Source: an uncultured Acidimicrobiales bacterium (GTDB lineage Bacteria > Actinomycetota > Acidimicrobiia > Acidimicrobiales > SHLQ01). From it: a stretch of DNA of 64,000 nt. The notes under the pieces are model-generated. The model saw nothing but the letters and a program-made list of their open reading frames with translations, was not told the DNA's origin and searched no databases. Made by a program: the position numbers and the translations under genes. Every line of letters begins with the position of its first letter. Position 1 is the first letter of the stretch. This document shows, in pieces, positions 31,571 through 44,366 of the stretch. Location: contig CALHTF010000011.1 of NCBI GenBank assembly GCA_938038815.1, positions 33,063-97,062 on the forward strand, given 5' to 3'.

Positions 31571-32779
31571 ATGACTGACAACGTTGGACCAGCATCACAC
31601 GATGACGACGATCGCAATAAGCCGATTCGTGATTGGTCGTGGTCGGCCGACGACCAGAACCTCACGCTTGGTATCGGCGTTTTGCTGTTTTTCTTGCTCG
31701 GCGCGTTTGGCCTGAGCCAGTGCTCGGCCGCCGAAGACGTTGCCTCCGACCTTGGAATTTCGGTCACCGATGACGATCTACTCGAGCGCACCGAAGACGA
31801 ACTGTCCGACGCCGACTTCGAGCTCGGCACCGACGCCATTAGTGCTCGCGAAAACGCCGGTGTGATCACCCTTACCGGTGTCGTAGCCAACGAGGCGATG
31901 AAAGCTCGGGCCGGCGAAGTTGCCGCCGACACCGATGGTGTTGCCCGGGTGCAGAACAACCTGACCATCGCAACGACTGTTCCGCCGGCCACTACCGAGG
32001 CCCCCGCTCCGGCGACTACTCAGGCGCCGCCGCCCGAGACCACCCAAGCCCCGCCGCCAGAAACCACCGAGGCCCCGGCCCCGATTGAGCCGGTTGCGTT
32101 CACCGGTACCTTTGCCGACAACGCCTTAACCATCAGCGGTGAGGTTCCCGACGAGGACACCCGCGCGGCGGTTATCGACGGCTTTACTGCCCAGTACGCA
32201 CCGGCCGGCATCACGGTAATCGACCAACTGACTATTGACGAGAACACCACCCTCGATGGCGGAACACTCGACCTAGTTGGCGAGGTCAGCAGCGAAGACG
32301 CACGGGTTGCCGTCGTCTCGAATGCGACCGCGGTCGCCGGCTCGGTCGGCATGACGGTTAACGATCAGCTGACGATCGGCGAACTCTCGCTCGACGAGGA
32401 AGTCCTTGCTCTCCAGGAAGAACTCGATGCCTTGCAGGCCGAGATCACCGAGAACGTTGTGTTCGATCAATCGAGCGACGCCATTACCCCGGTCGCTGCG
32501 GCAACCCTTGACAAAGTTGTGGCTGCCATGAACAAGTACCAGCGTCCGGTCGTCGAAGTCGGTGGTCACACCGACTCCGACGGCAGTGATCAGCTCAACC
32601 TCGAGCTGTCGGGTCGCCGGGCAACCGCGGTGGCGAACTATCTCACCGAAGCAGGCATCGATGCCGATCGCTTGATCGGTACGGGCTTTGGCGAAAGCGA
32701 TCCGGTCGCTCCCAACGACACCGACGAGAACAAGCGGATGAACCGTCGAGTTCAGTTCACCGCTCGACCCAGCTTCTAG
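31571..32779 (+). CDS. BON-domain / OmpA-C-like peptidoglycan-binding membrane protein (ArfA/OmpATb-like architecture)
   Basis: 402 aa. TM helix (LTLGIGVLLFFLLGAFGL), a BON-like segment (ITLTGVVANEAMKARAGEVAADTDGVARVQNNLTI), a PT linker and two further BON-like repeats. The C-terminal OmpA-like domain reads VVEVGGHTDSDGSDQLNLELSGRRATAVANYL...NRRVQF. Confidence 0.8.
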   Translation: MTDNVGPASHDDDDRNKPIRDWSWSADDQNLTLGIGVLLFFLLGAFGLSQCSAAEDVASDLGISVTDDDLLERTEDELSDADFELGTDAISARENAGVITLTGVVANEAMKARAGEVAADTDGVARVQNNLTIATTVPPATTEAPAPATTQAPPPETTQAPPPETTEAPAPIEPVAFTGTFADNALTISGEVPDEDTRAAVIDGFTAQYAPAGITVIDQLTIDENTTLDGGTLDLVGEVSSEDARVAVVSNATAVAGSVGMTVNDQLTIGELSLDEEVLALQEELDALQAEITENVVFDQSSDAITPVAAATLDKVVAAMNKYQRPVVEVGGHTDSDGSDQLNLELSGRRATAVANYLTEAGIDADRLIGTGFGESDPVAPNDTDENKRMNRRVQFTARPSF

Positions 32780-32801
32780 GGTTTCGCTACCATCGGAGGC
32801 A

Positions 32802-33770
32802 ATGGATACATCGGGAGCGCTTGGCGGGTTGTTACCCGACCCCAGTAGCTCGCCTCGGTGCGCACCGTTTACCGCTGATCTAGGTGTCGACCCTGCGGGC
32901 ACGGCCTTCGCGGCCCAGCTTGTGGTGGTCATCGAGGTTCCGTTGCCCTGGCCGAAACCAGTGAACGAACACCCCATCATGACCGGCCCGATGGCCTTGA
33001 TGAGAGGTGGGGCCATACCGACCCGAGTCCTTGCGGCGGTCGCCAAAACTGAGGTGAGCGATGGCATGGTTTTTGTGGTCGCCTACCGCCAGCTTGCGGG
33101 TTCGGCCACCATGTCGCGTACCAGCTTTGAGCTTCCCGAAGCCGAGGTGACCAGCCATGTAGCTCGTCTGGTTTCGGGCGATGAGCCCAACGAGTTGGCG
33201 ATGGTGGCATCGCACATCGACAAGGCGGGGCCAGCGGTGATGATCTGCACCCAGGGCTCTCATGATGTGTGTTGTGGTGAGTTGGGCGATGCACTGGCGA
33301 TCGAAACCGAGGACCGGTTCGGAGAGGTGGAGGTGTTTCGGGTGAGTCACACCGGTGGCCACCGGTTTGCGCCAACCGCGCTCACGTTGCCCGACGGCCG
33401 AATGTGGGCATACCTGTCGGCCGACGACTTGGCCAAGATCTTTGGCCGTTCGGGCCCACCGGTCGATGTGGCCGACAAGTGTCGGGGCTGGATCGGCGCC
33501 GCTCGCGGTGCCGCCCAAACTGCCGAACGGGCCGTGTTCGCTGCTGAACCGTGGGCATGGGACGACCTCGATCGAAGTGTGGAGGTTCTGGAAGGGCCGA
33601 CGCTGGAAAAGACCCACTGGCTCGTCGGCGTATCGGGAGGCGGTCGTCGCTGGGAGATTGGCGTCGAGGTCGTGCGGGAGATCCCGACTATCACCTGTGG
33701 TGCGTTGGGTGGGCAACCAGCGAAGCCAGCGCGAGAGCTGGGCGTGGTTTCGTTCCAGGAAGTCGGTTAG
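32802..33770 (+). CDS. Sucrase/ferredoxin-like (Suc_Fer-like, thioredoxin-like [2Fe-2S]) family protein
   Basis: VMICTQGSHDVCCGELG and FRVSHTGGHRFAPTALTLPDG are typical of the family. Confidence 0.65.
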   Translation: MDTSGALGGLLPDPSSSPRCAPFTADLGVDPAGTAFAAQLVVVIEVPLPWPKPVNEHPIMTGPMALMRGGAIPTRVLAAVAKTEVSDGMVFVVAYRQLAGSATMSRTSFELPEAEVTSHVARLVSGDEPNELAMVASHIDKAGPAVMICTQGSHDVCCGELGDALAIETEDRFGEVEVFRVSHTGGHRFAPTALTLPDGRMWAYLSADDLAKIFGRSGPPVDVADKCRGWIGAARGAAQTAERAVFAAEPWAWDDLDRSVEVLEGPTLEKTHWLVGVSGGGRRWEIGVEVVREIPTITCGALGGQPAKPARELGVVSFQEVG

Positions 33771-35287
33771 CCGTACAGGTCGGCGTGGTCGCGACGTAGC
33801 GCGACCTTTTGCACCTTGCTCATCGCATTGCGGGGGAGCTCGTCGATGAAGAGGTACCGCTTTGGTTGCTTGAACCGAGCGAGTCGGTCGCCGATGGCGG
33901 CTTCGATCGATGCCGCGTTCGTGGAATCGGTGCCTTGGAGCACCACGAACGCCGTGACCGCTTCGCCGAAGTCGTCGTGGGGCAGGCCGACAACCGCCGA
34001 CTCAAACACGCCGTCGACCTCGTTGATGCAGAGCTCGACTTCGCGGGGGTAGACGTTGTAGCCGCCGGTGATGATCATGTCGCCGGCCCGACCGTCGAGG
34101 GTGAGGCGGCCGTGGGCATCGAGCCGACCCACGTCGCCGGTGATGAACCAGCCGTCGTCGGTGTGCTCCGAAGCTGTCTTCTCGGGGAGTTGCCAATAGC
34201 CGGCGAACAGGGTGGTGCCCTTGATCTGCACGCTGCCAGGGGTGTTGGGTTCGATCGGTCGGTTGTTATCGTCGACCACCCGCAACTCGAGGCCCGGCAT
34301 CGCGAAGCCAACGGTGCCGGCTGGGCGGTCGCCGTCGAGGGGACTCGTGGTGATAATCCCGGCTTCGGTCATGCCGTACCGGTTGAGGATGACGTGTCCC
34401 GACTTTGTGGTGAACAGGTCGTGTTTATCGGCGGGCAGTGGCGCCGAGCCCGAGGTGAACAGTCGCATGTTGGTGCACTGCTCGGGGGTGAATCGGTCGG
34501 ACTGAAGCAACCGGTTGTAGATGGTTGGTACGCCCATCAGCACCGTGGCCTCGGGCAGCGCATCGATAGTGGCGTCGAGATCGAACGACTGATGAAACAG
34601 CACCGTCGATCCGCCGAGCATTGCCGGGTGCAACGCAACGAAAAGACCGTGAACGTGAAAGATCGGCAGCACGTGCAACAACACGTCGTCGCGCTGCCAG
34701 CCCCACTCTTGGTGGAGGCCGGTTGCGGTGGCGGCGAGGCCGCCGTGGGTCAACATGGCGCCCTTCGAACGCCCGGTGGTGCCCGAGGTGTACAGCATGC
34801 ACGCCTGGTCGGTGGGCTCGCGGTGAACAACCTCGTTGTGTGGTTCGCAGCGGTCGGCCAGCACGGCCAGCGAACCGCCCACGATGCCCAGCGTTTCGAG
34901 GTGGGCCACGTTGGCCTCGATGGCGACCGACTCGAACGCGCCTCGTCGTTCGGGGTCACACACGAAAACTCGCGGTGACGCATCGCCGAGGAAAAACGCT
35001 ACCTCATCGGTCGTGTATGCGGTATTGAGCGTGACAAACACGGCGCCAATTCGCAGACATGCCAGATACAACGCCACCCCATCGGCCGACTTTTCAACCT
35101 GGACGACCACCCGGTCGCCGGGTGTCACACCTTGGCCGAGCAGCGCTCCGGCGAACTGGGCGGATCGGCGGTCGAGGTCGCCATAGGTGAAGTCGCGGGT
35201 CTGGGTTCGGAGAAACACCTGGTCAAGACGGTCACTGAAGCCTTGGAAGAAGAGGCCATACAAGTTTGCCGACGGTGCAGAAGTCAC
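33767..35287 (-). CDS. matB: AMP-dependent acyl-CoA synthetase, malonyl-CoA synthetase (MatB)-like
   Basis: 506 aa. AMP-binding motif YTSGTTGRSKGAMLTH. The block GDRVVVQVEKSADGVALYLACLRIGAVFVTLNTAYT closely parallels rhizobial MatB. Confidence 0.7.
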   Translation of the reverse strand: MTSAPSANLYGLFFQGFSDRLDQVFLRTQTRDFTYGDLDRRSAQFAGALLGQGVTPGDRVVVQVEKSADGVALYLACLRIGAVFVTLNTAYTTDEVAFFLGDASPRVFVCDPERRGAFESVAIEANVAHLETLGIVGGSLAVLADRCEPHNEVVHREPTDQACMLYTSGTTGRSKGAMLTHGGLAATATGLHQEWGWQRDDVLLHVLPIFHVHGLFVALHPAMLGGSTVLFHQSFDLDATIDALPEATVLMGVPTIYNRLLQSDRFTPEQCTNMRLFTSGSAPLPADKHDLFTTKSGHVILNRYGMTEAGIITTSPLDGDRPAGTVGFAMPGLELRVVDDNNRPIEPNTPGSVQIKGTTLFAGYWQLPEKTASEHTDDGWFITGDVGRLDAHGRLTLDGRAGDMIITGGYNVYPREVELCINEVDGVFESAVVGLPHDDFGEAVTAFVVLQGTDSTNAASIEAAIGDRLARFKQPKRYLFIDELPRNAMSKVQKVALRRDHADLYG

Positions 35288-35374
35288 AGCGCAACTATAC
35301 GAGCACTACCAGGTACCGAAAGAAGCTGAAACCATGTCGCCCTGCGCCACCGTCCGTGAGATTTACCGTTACCG

Positions 35375-36886
35375 TTGTCTGCTGTGGTGATGCATCGGCA
35401 TACCTTCGGCGGTTGGTGGCGAACGCTTGTGTTCGTAGTCTTCGCCGCGCTCGTGGCCTCGGCGTGTTCATCGGATCCCGGCGAGTCGGGAGCGTCGACT
35501 GTTTCTCCCAGCGTTACCAAGGTCGACCCCTTTGCCGACCTCGATCTGGGCGGCGACGTGGGCGATGCCGTCGCACCAGGCATCGACTCGGCGACCGACA
35601 ACTCGGTGCCAACGACCGGGCAAGGCCTCGATAGCGAAGATTCGCTACCGGACAAGATCTTGCCTCCGCCCACCACGGCGCCGCCGCCAACGACCGAAGC
35701 ACCGCAAGCTGCGCCTGCCACCACCGTCGCCCCGATCACCACCCCCGATGGCAACACCACGCGGTACGTCGATGGGATAAACGGCGATGACAGCGCCGAC
35801 GGCACCTCGGTCGAACGGGCATGGCGAACGCTGGGTCGGGGCATCGACGCGCTTGCGCCCGGCACGACGGTTTTCGTGCTCGACGGCAACTACGACGAAC
35901 TTCGATCGCCCCGCCAGGCCCACTATGTGATTCGCGATAAGCGCGGTTCGGCCGATGCGTGGTCGCGTCTGCTGGCCTATCCGGGCCACCGGCCCAAGAT
36001 CGTGGCTAGCTCCACCAGCGGTATCGAGATCCTCTTTAGCGACTTTGTTGAGGTGAGTGGTTTCCGGATCGAGGGTGTGGGCTTTGGGCCCGACAACACC
36101 CAGGGTTACGGACTGTTGGCGCGCGACGGTCACCATTTTCTGTTCCAGGACAACGTTATTTCGGGGATGGGAAACAGCGGAATCGGTGGCGGAGAGAACT
36201 CATCGCACTTCAATATCGTGAACAACGTCATCCACGACAACGGGCTCTGGAGTCCCGACGGCAGCTCGGGTATTTCGCTATGGCGACTCAACAATGTGGC
36301 GGGTGGCGACGATGCCGACGGGTACTCCAACCGTATTCTTGGCAACACCTTGTACCGCAACGAGAACAAGGTGGCCTGTTCCTGCGCGAACTACTCAGCG
36401 ATCACCGACGGCAACGGCGTCATCATCGACCAGAGCAACCTCAATGGTTATGCGGGGCGGACGTTGATCGCCAACAACACGGTCTTTAACAACGGCGCCC
36501 GAGCGATCAACGTGCACGAGTCGTCGCGGGTCGACATCTTTAGCAACACGACCTACCGCAACTCGTTCACCGCGGAACTTTCGGGCGAGCGCGCCGAGAT
36601 CGCCGCCTACAACGCCAACGATGTTCGGATCGCCAACAACCTGCTCGAGCCCCTTGAGGGGATTTCGCCGATCTACGTTCGCGGCGACGCCAGCCAAGCC
36701 AACAATGTTCTGGTCGGGGGTGCTCCCGGGGCCGATGGGCCGAACTGGCGGGTTGCCTTTGCCGACTTTGTGAATCCTTCCGTCGACCCCGCGGTGGCTG
36801 ATTTTCGACTCAATCCCACGTCGCCGGTTTATAGCTTTTCTATTAACAACGCCGACGGTACCGGCGACCCGGTTGGTGCCAATTGA
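35375..36886 (+). CDS. Secreted (possible lipoprotein) right-handed parallel beta-helix repeat protein
   Basis: Signal peptide ending ALVASACSSD, a PT-rich linker, then repeated beta-helix-like units (NVISGMGNSGIGG, NNVIHDNG, GNTLYRNEN, NNTVFNNGARAINV, SNTTYRNS, ANNLL). Confidence 0.7.
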   Translation: MSAVVMHRHTFGGWWRTLVFVVFAALVASACSSDPGESGASTVSPSVTKVDPFADLDLGGDVGDAVAPGIDSATDNSVPTTGQGLDSEDSLPDKILPPPTTAPPPTTEAPQAAPATTVAPITTPDGNTTRYVDGINGDDSADGTSVERAWRTLGRGIDALAPGTTVFVLDGNYDELRSPRQAHYVIRDKRGSADAWSRLLAYPGHRPKIVASSTSGIEILFSDFVEVSGFRIEGVGFGPDNTQGYGLLARDGHHFLFQDNVISGMGNSGIGGGENSSHFNIVNNVIHDNGLWSPDGSSGISLWRLNNVAGGDDADGYSNRILGNTLYRNENKVACSCANYSAITDGNGVIIDQSNLNGYAGRTLIANNTVFNNGARAINVHESSRVDIFSNTTYRNSFTAELSGERAEIAAYNANDVRIANNLLEPLEGISPIYVRGDASQANNVLVGGAPGADGPNWRVAFADFVNPSVDPAVADFRLNPTSPVYSFSINNADGTGDPVGAN

Positions 36887-37073
36887 ACGAACTGCGGGCT
36901 GTGAAACGCTCGCTTTTTGCGAACGACGTTCTCAGTTGGACCGATTCGCTAGTCGTAAACCAAAACAGCTGCGAGGGTAAACGTTGTCAGCCGGGTGCCT
37001 TCGGATACGTCCCATCCGATGGCACTCGGCGACATCACGTTGGTTGGATGGCTCACCCTTTTCAAACGGGTGT

Positions 37074-37568
37074 TCAGGTAATCACCGTGAGGGCCCAACC
37101 GGCCCAGGCCAGCACGAGCACCAAGCCGATCGCTAGGTCGATGAGCGCACTCTTGCCGAACCCTCGGGCCACCCCTTTGGTGGCCCGCCACGCGGCGTTG
37201 AAGTCGCCGAGTTGGTAGTACTCGGCTCCGAGCACCCCGACCAGGCCGCCGATGGGTAGGCCGACGACCGGGATCACAAAGAAGCCAATGATGGCGCCGA
37301 GTAGTCCGACCCATTGCGACAACGTGCTTGCGCCATACTGGTCGGCGGCTTGTTTGGGCACGATCACGCTGCTGGCGAAGCTGAGTGCGAGGCCCAGGGT
37401 CATCACGATCATCACGATGATGCCCATCGGTCCGAAGCCGACGGCGAACCCGTAGACGAGGGCGGTCACCCAGAGCAAAAGGATTCCGGGTAGTACCGGT
37501 ACTACCACTCCGGCCAAGCCAACTGCCATGACCAGCGCTGCGATGATGGTCCACCCGACGTCGTCCAC
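37074..37568 (-). CDS. DUF456-family small membrane protein
   Basis: 164 aa with four hydrophobic helices and the typical GxxGxxxPxLPG start (GLAGVVVPVLPGILLLW). GTG start preceded by GGAG. Confidence 0.75.
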   Translation of the reverse strand: MDDVGWTIIAALVMAVGLAGVVVPVLPGILLLWVTALVYGFAVGFGPMGIIVMIVMTLGLALSFASSVIVPKQAADQYGASTLSQWVGLLGAIIGFFVIPVVGLPIGGLVGVLGAEYYQLGDFNAAWRATKGVARGFGKSALIDLAIGLVLVLAWAGWALTVIT

Positions 37569-37587
37569 CGCTCCACTCTAAAACCAC

Positions 37588-37615
37588 TGGTGCCCCAGCA
37601 ACATTGCTGGGGCAC
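37588..37615 (-). terminator. Intrinsic terminator candidate downstream of the ammonium transporter gene
   Basis: Perfect 12-bp stem GGTGCCCCAGCA / TGCTGGGGCACC with a 4-nt loop. On the minus strand it is followed by AGTGGTTTTAG. Confidence 0.6.
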
Positions 37616-37671
37616 CGTTGTCGTTTGCCGACCGGGTGGATAGAAACCGGCAAGCGCTACATCGGCGTTCG

Positions 37672-39141
37672 CTAGAGCGTGCCGAGATTTGGTTGGGTCA
37701 CGGGTGCGGTTGCGACCGACTCGCCAGGCGGGGCGGTAGCGACCGGGTGGGCCAGGCCGCCAAGCGATTCGCCGTGGTAACCGGGCGAGCCGTGTTCCAT
37801 AACGTCGAGACCCTTGATCTCTTCCTCGGCGTCGACCCGTAGACCGACCGTTGCTTTCAGCACGCCGAACAGCAGTCCCGAGGTAGAAAGCACCCATGCA
37901 GCGACGATGAGCACGAAGACCGCTTGCACGGCGAGCTGGGAGAAGCCGCCGCCGTAGATAAGGCCGGCGTTCTCTCGGCCGAGGAACGCATCGTCGTAGC
38001 GAGCGAACAGGCCGATCGCCAACGTTCCCCAGACGCCGCACACACCGTGAACCGAGATGGCGCCAACCGGGTCGTCGATCTTGAGCCGTTCGATGCCGAG
38101 CACTGCTGCGACCACCAACATGCCGCCGAGGAAGCCGGTGACCATCGCCCAGAACGGGGTCATCGTGCCGGTTCCGGCGGTGATGCTCACCAGGCCAGCG
38201 AGGATGCCGTTGGCGATCATGGCCACGTCGGGGAACCCGGTCTTGGCCCAGATGACAATTGCTGCACCGGCGCCACCAGCTGCGGCGGCGAGCAAGGTGT
38301 TGACGGCGATGAACGGCACGAGTTCGTCGGCCAGCAGCTCGGAACCAGCGTTGAACCCAAACCAGCCGAACCACAGGATGAACACACCAATGGCGGTGAA
38401 GGCAATGTTGTGACCGGGTAGGGCTCGAGGTTCGCCGTTCTTGCCGAACTTGCCCAGCCGTGGTCCCAAGATGATGGCGCCCATAAGAGCGGCCCAACCG
38501 CCGGTTGAGTGCACGATGGTCGACCCAGCGAAGTCACTGTAGGAAGCCCCGCCGATGGTGATCTCGGAGATGAAGCCGCCGCCCCACGTCCAGTGCACGA
38601 CGAGCGGATAGATGAACCCGGTCATCACCGCGGCGAAGATGAGATAGGTCGAGAACTTGGTTCGTTCGGCCATCGCTCCTGACGCAATGGTTACCGCAGT
38701 AGCGGCAAACACGACCTGGAAGAAGAACAGGGTGCCGTTGGTGAGTCCCCCGGCTTCTCCTGCACCGATACCGGCAACGATGTCGGCACCGAGCAGATCG
38801 GCGTCTTGTAGAAAGAACAGAGAATCGCCAAACAATGAGTTACCCCCACCGAAGGCCAGGCCAAAGCCAACGGCGAAGAAGGCGAGCACACCGATCACCA
38901 TGTCGGCCATGTTCTTCGCCATGATGTTGGCGATGTTCTTCGATCGGGTGAGCCCAGCTTCAACCAGGCCGAAGCCCGCCTGCATCAAGAAGACCAAGAT
39001 GCCGGCGATGAACACCCACAGGTTGTCGAGCACGAACTTGTTGTAGGTCGCGGCATCGACCTCCTGGGCAGCGGCGGGCGACGCCAGAACGACGACCATT
39101 CCACCGGCTGCCAAGGCACTTAATGCAATCTTGCGTTTCAC
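37672..39141 (-). CDS. amtB: Ammonium transporter (Amt family) with N-terminal signal peptide
   Basis: 489 aa, about 11 TM helices, Amt signature DFAGSTIVHSTGGWAALMGAIILGPR and GVCGVWGTLAIGLF. GTG start preceded by AGGAG. No glnK/glnB follows it. Confidence 0.93.
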   Translation of the reverse strand: MKRKIALSALAAGGMVVVLASPAAAQEVDAATYNKFVLDNLWVFIAGILVFLMQAGFGLVEAGLTRSKNIANIMAKNMADMVIGVLAFFAVGFGLAFGGGNSLFGDSLFFLQDADLLGADIVAGIGAGEAGGLTNGTLFFFQVVFAATAVTIASGAMAERTKFSTYLIFAAVMTGFIYPLVVHWTWGGGFISEITIGGASYSDFAGSTIVHSTGGWAALMGAIILGPRLGKFGKNGEPRALPGHNIAFTAIGVFILWFGWFGFNAGSELLADELVPFIAVNTLLAAAAGGAGAAIVIWAKTGFPDVAMIANGILAGLVSITAGTGTMTPFWAMVTGFLGGMLVVAAVLGIERLKIDDPVGAISVHGVCGVWGTLAIGLFARYDDAFLGRENAGLIYGGGFSQLAVQAVFVLIVAAWVLSTSGLLFGVLKATVGLRVDAEEEIKGLDVMEHGSPGYHGESLGGLAHPVATAPPGESVATAPVTQPNLGTL

Positions 39142-39189
39142 GAGTTTCTCCTGAGCTGTTTCTGTGAACAGTGCAGAAGGTAACGACGG

Positions 39190-39253
39190 GGTGTTTCTTG
39201 ATTGTGTTCAGTTCGTTATCGCTTGATGTAGAGCGTGTTTCACGAATGTGTCG
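39190..39253 (-). promoter_or_regulatory. Two direct 20-nt repeats (ACAC-N6-GAAACAC) upstream of amt, candidate GlnR-type operator
   Basis: Read on the amt strand: CGACACATTCGTGAAACACG (39253..39234) and GAACACAATCAAGAAACACC (39209..39190). They share 14/20 identity and start 44 nt apart. GAAAC matches the b-half of the actinobacterial GlnR box gTnAc-n6-GaAAc. Confidence 0.3.
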
Positions 39254-39264
39254 TCGCAGGTGAG

Positions 39265-42405
<3,141 letters not shown>

Positions 42406-43695
42406 CTAGACGGTTGGCTCCTCGGCCTCTCCGGTCGCCCGACCCAGATCCGAGACGGTTGCGCTCGCCAGCAGTTCGGCGATCTGCTTCTCGTTGTACC
42501 CGAGTTCGGTGAGCACTTCGACGGTGTGTTCGGCCAGCTGGGGTGACGGGCCGCTCACCGAGACCGGGGTGGCTCCGAGATCGAAGGGCATTCCGGCGGT
42601 GGTGTACCCACCGAAGGCCGGATGATCGAGGTCGACCGCATAGTCGTTGGCTCGCACTTGGGGGTCCTCGAGCGCGTTGGTACCGAGGTGGTACTTCCCG
42701 CACGGGTACCCGGCGGCCCGGAGTTGGGTGATCCACTCATCGGTCGTTCGGGTGGCAAACAGCGCTTCGGCCTCATCGACGATCGCCTGGAACTCCTCGC
42801 TGTGGGGCTTGTTGAGCGGAGCAGGCGCAATGCCGGTGATTTCGTGGAACCGGGCGATGAGCCCTGGCGACATCCCGGCGATCGAGATGAGTCCGTCGGC
42901 GGTGGGGTAGAAGCGGAAATACAACCGGTACACGCCGCTTGCCGACACCACACTCGACTCGTACATCTCGCGTTGCTCGGCAAAGGTGGCCCCCGCTTGC
43001 TGCAGCAGCTCGAGGTTCTCGTGGATGGTGTCGATCGTTCGCTTGTCGCGTTCGAAGCGGGCCAGCATCGGGGTACCCAACATCAGTGCTGTTCCGAGCA
43101 GTGACGCGTCGACCCGTTGTCCAACCCCAGTGGCGTCGGCGTGGCGCAGGGCCGAAACCACACCGAGGGCACTTACTGCCCCAGAGGCAAAGTCGATAAA
43201 CGCCGGGCGGGTCGGTAGGGGCGTGCCGTCGGCCGTGCGGTTCATCGCGAAACCGAGGCCGCTGAGGCCTTGGACCAGCACGTCGTACCCGCCCTCGGTT
43301 GCGTCGGGACCCTTCGGGCCGAACGCCGACATTTCGAGTTGCACCAGACGAGGGTTAAGCGTCCGGGTCCGAGCCCAGTCAAGGCCGAACCGTTCGAGGT
43401 CGCCGAGTTTGAGCCCGATGAGCGCAACGTCGGCCCACTCGAGCAACGAGTCGACCACCGGGCGTGCAGCCTCGGCGCTCAGGTCGAGGGTGATCGCCCG
43501 TTTGCCCGGGTTGATCGTGGCGTAGGCCCGACCTTCAGCGGGAGCCAGCTGGGCGATATGGCGCATCGAGTCGCCGGCCAGCGGTTCGACCTTCACCACA
43601 TCGGCGCCCATCCCGGCCAGCAGCCGCCCGCACTGGGGCACCGCGGCGTTTTGGGAGAACTCGACAACCTTCACGCCAGCCAGAACTTCGCTCAT
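42406..43695 (-). CDS. Family III CoA-transferase (CaiB/BaiF-type)
   Basis: 429 aa. N-terminus LAGVKVVEFSQNAAVPQCGRLLAGMGADVVKVEP is typical of the family. Substrate unknown. Confidence 0.85.
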   Translation of the reverse strand: MSEVLAGVKVVEFSQNAAVPQCGRLLAGMGADVVKVEPLAGDSMRHIAQLAPAEGRAYATINPGKRAITLDLSAEAARPVVDSLLEWADVALIGLKLGDLERFGLDWARTRTLNPRLVQLEMSAFGPKGPDATEGGYDVLVQGLSGLGFAMNRTADGTPLPTRPAFIDFASGAVSALGVVSALRHADATGVGQRVDASLLGTALMLGTPMLARFERDKRTIDTIHENLELLQQAGATFAEQREMYESSVVSASGVYRLYFRFYPTADGLISIAGMSPGLIARFHEITGIAPAPLNKPHSEEFQAIVDEAEALFATRTTDEWITQLRAAGYPCGKYHLGTNALEDPQVRANDYAVDLDHPAFGGYTTAGMPFDLGATPVSVSGPSPQLAEHTVEVLTELGYNEKQIAELLASATVSDLGRATGEAEEPTV

Positions 43696-43728
43696 GGGCC
43701 GACCCTACGCCGTGGGTTCATGCCTTAG

Positions 43729-44262
43729 CTAGAGCGTGAGCTTCATCCGGATCTCGTCCTTGCACGGATCGGACGGGAGCGGTTGGTGGTCGCCGGTGAG
43801 TTCGAACCCACAGCGTTCGTAGAGTCGTTCGGCCGGGGCGTTGCCGCGCAAAACCCAGAGTCCGATGGCTCCAATTTCGGGGGCCTCGTGGGCCCAATCG
43901 ATGCACGCCTGAACGAGTGCTTGCCCGACGCCGTGGCCTCGGGCTTCGGGGGCGGTCCACATCGAGACCAATTCGGCTTCGCCAGCAGCGCAATGTTCGG
44001 TGAGTGCCGACGTGATGATCGCAACCATGGCGACGAAGCCATCTTGGCTGGCGTCGGTGGCGGCGAACTGACCCGACACGAACCCGGCCGAACCGGTGCG
44101 GCATCGTTCGATCCACACGTCGTCGTCGTAGGCCCGTTCGGCCTCAAGGGTCGACGAGAAAGCCGACGGTGTGTCGGCGAGCGCTTGGAGGCGAGCATCA
44201 CGCCAGGGTTTCCAGTGGTCTTGCTGAACCCGCATGACCGTGAACGAGGGTGGCGTCGTCAT
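43729..44262 (-). CDS. GNAT-family N-acetyltransferase
   Basis: 177 aa with acetyl-CoA binding motif A: VSMWTAPEARGHGVGQALVQACIDWA. Confidence 0.85.
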   Translation of the reverse strand: MTTPPSFTVMRVQQDHWKPWRDARLQALADTPSAFSSTLEAERAYDDDVWIERCRTGSAGFVSGQFAATDASQDGFVAMVAIITSALTEHCAAGEAELVSMWTAPEARGHGVGQALVQACIDWAHEAPEIGAIGLWVLRGNAPAERLYERCGFELTGDHQPLPSDPCKDEIRMKLTL

Positions 44263-44366
44263 GCCCTAAGAGTGGCAAACCAGCCCGGACCGTGCCGAGG
44301 TTTTCGGCCGAGGGTGAGTCGCCGGTGTAGAACTACCAGGACAGATCATCGATTGGGGAAGACGTC

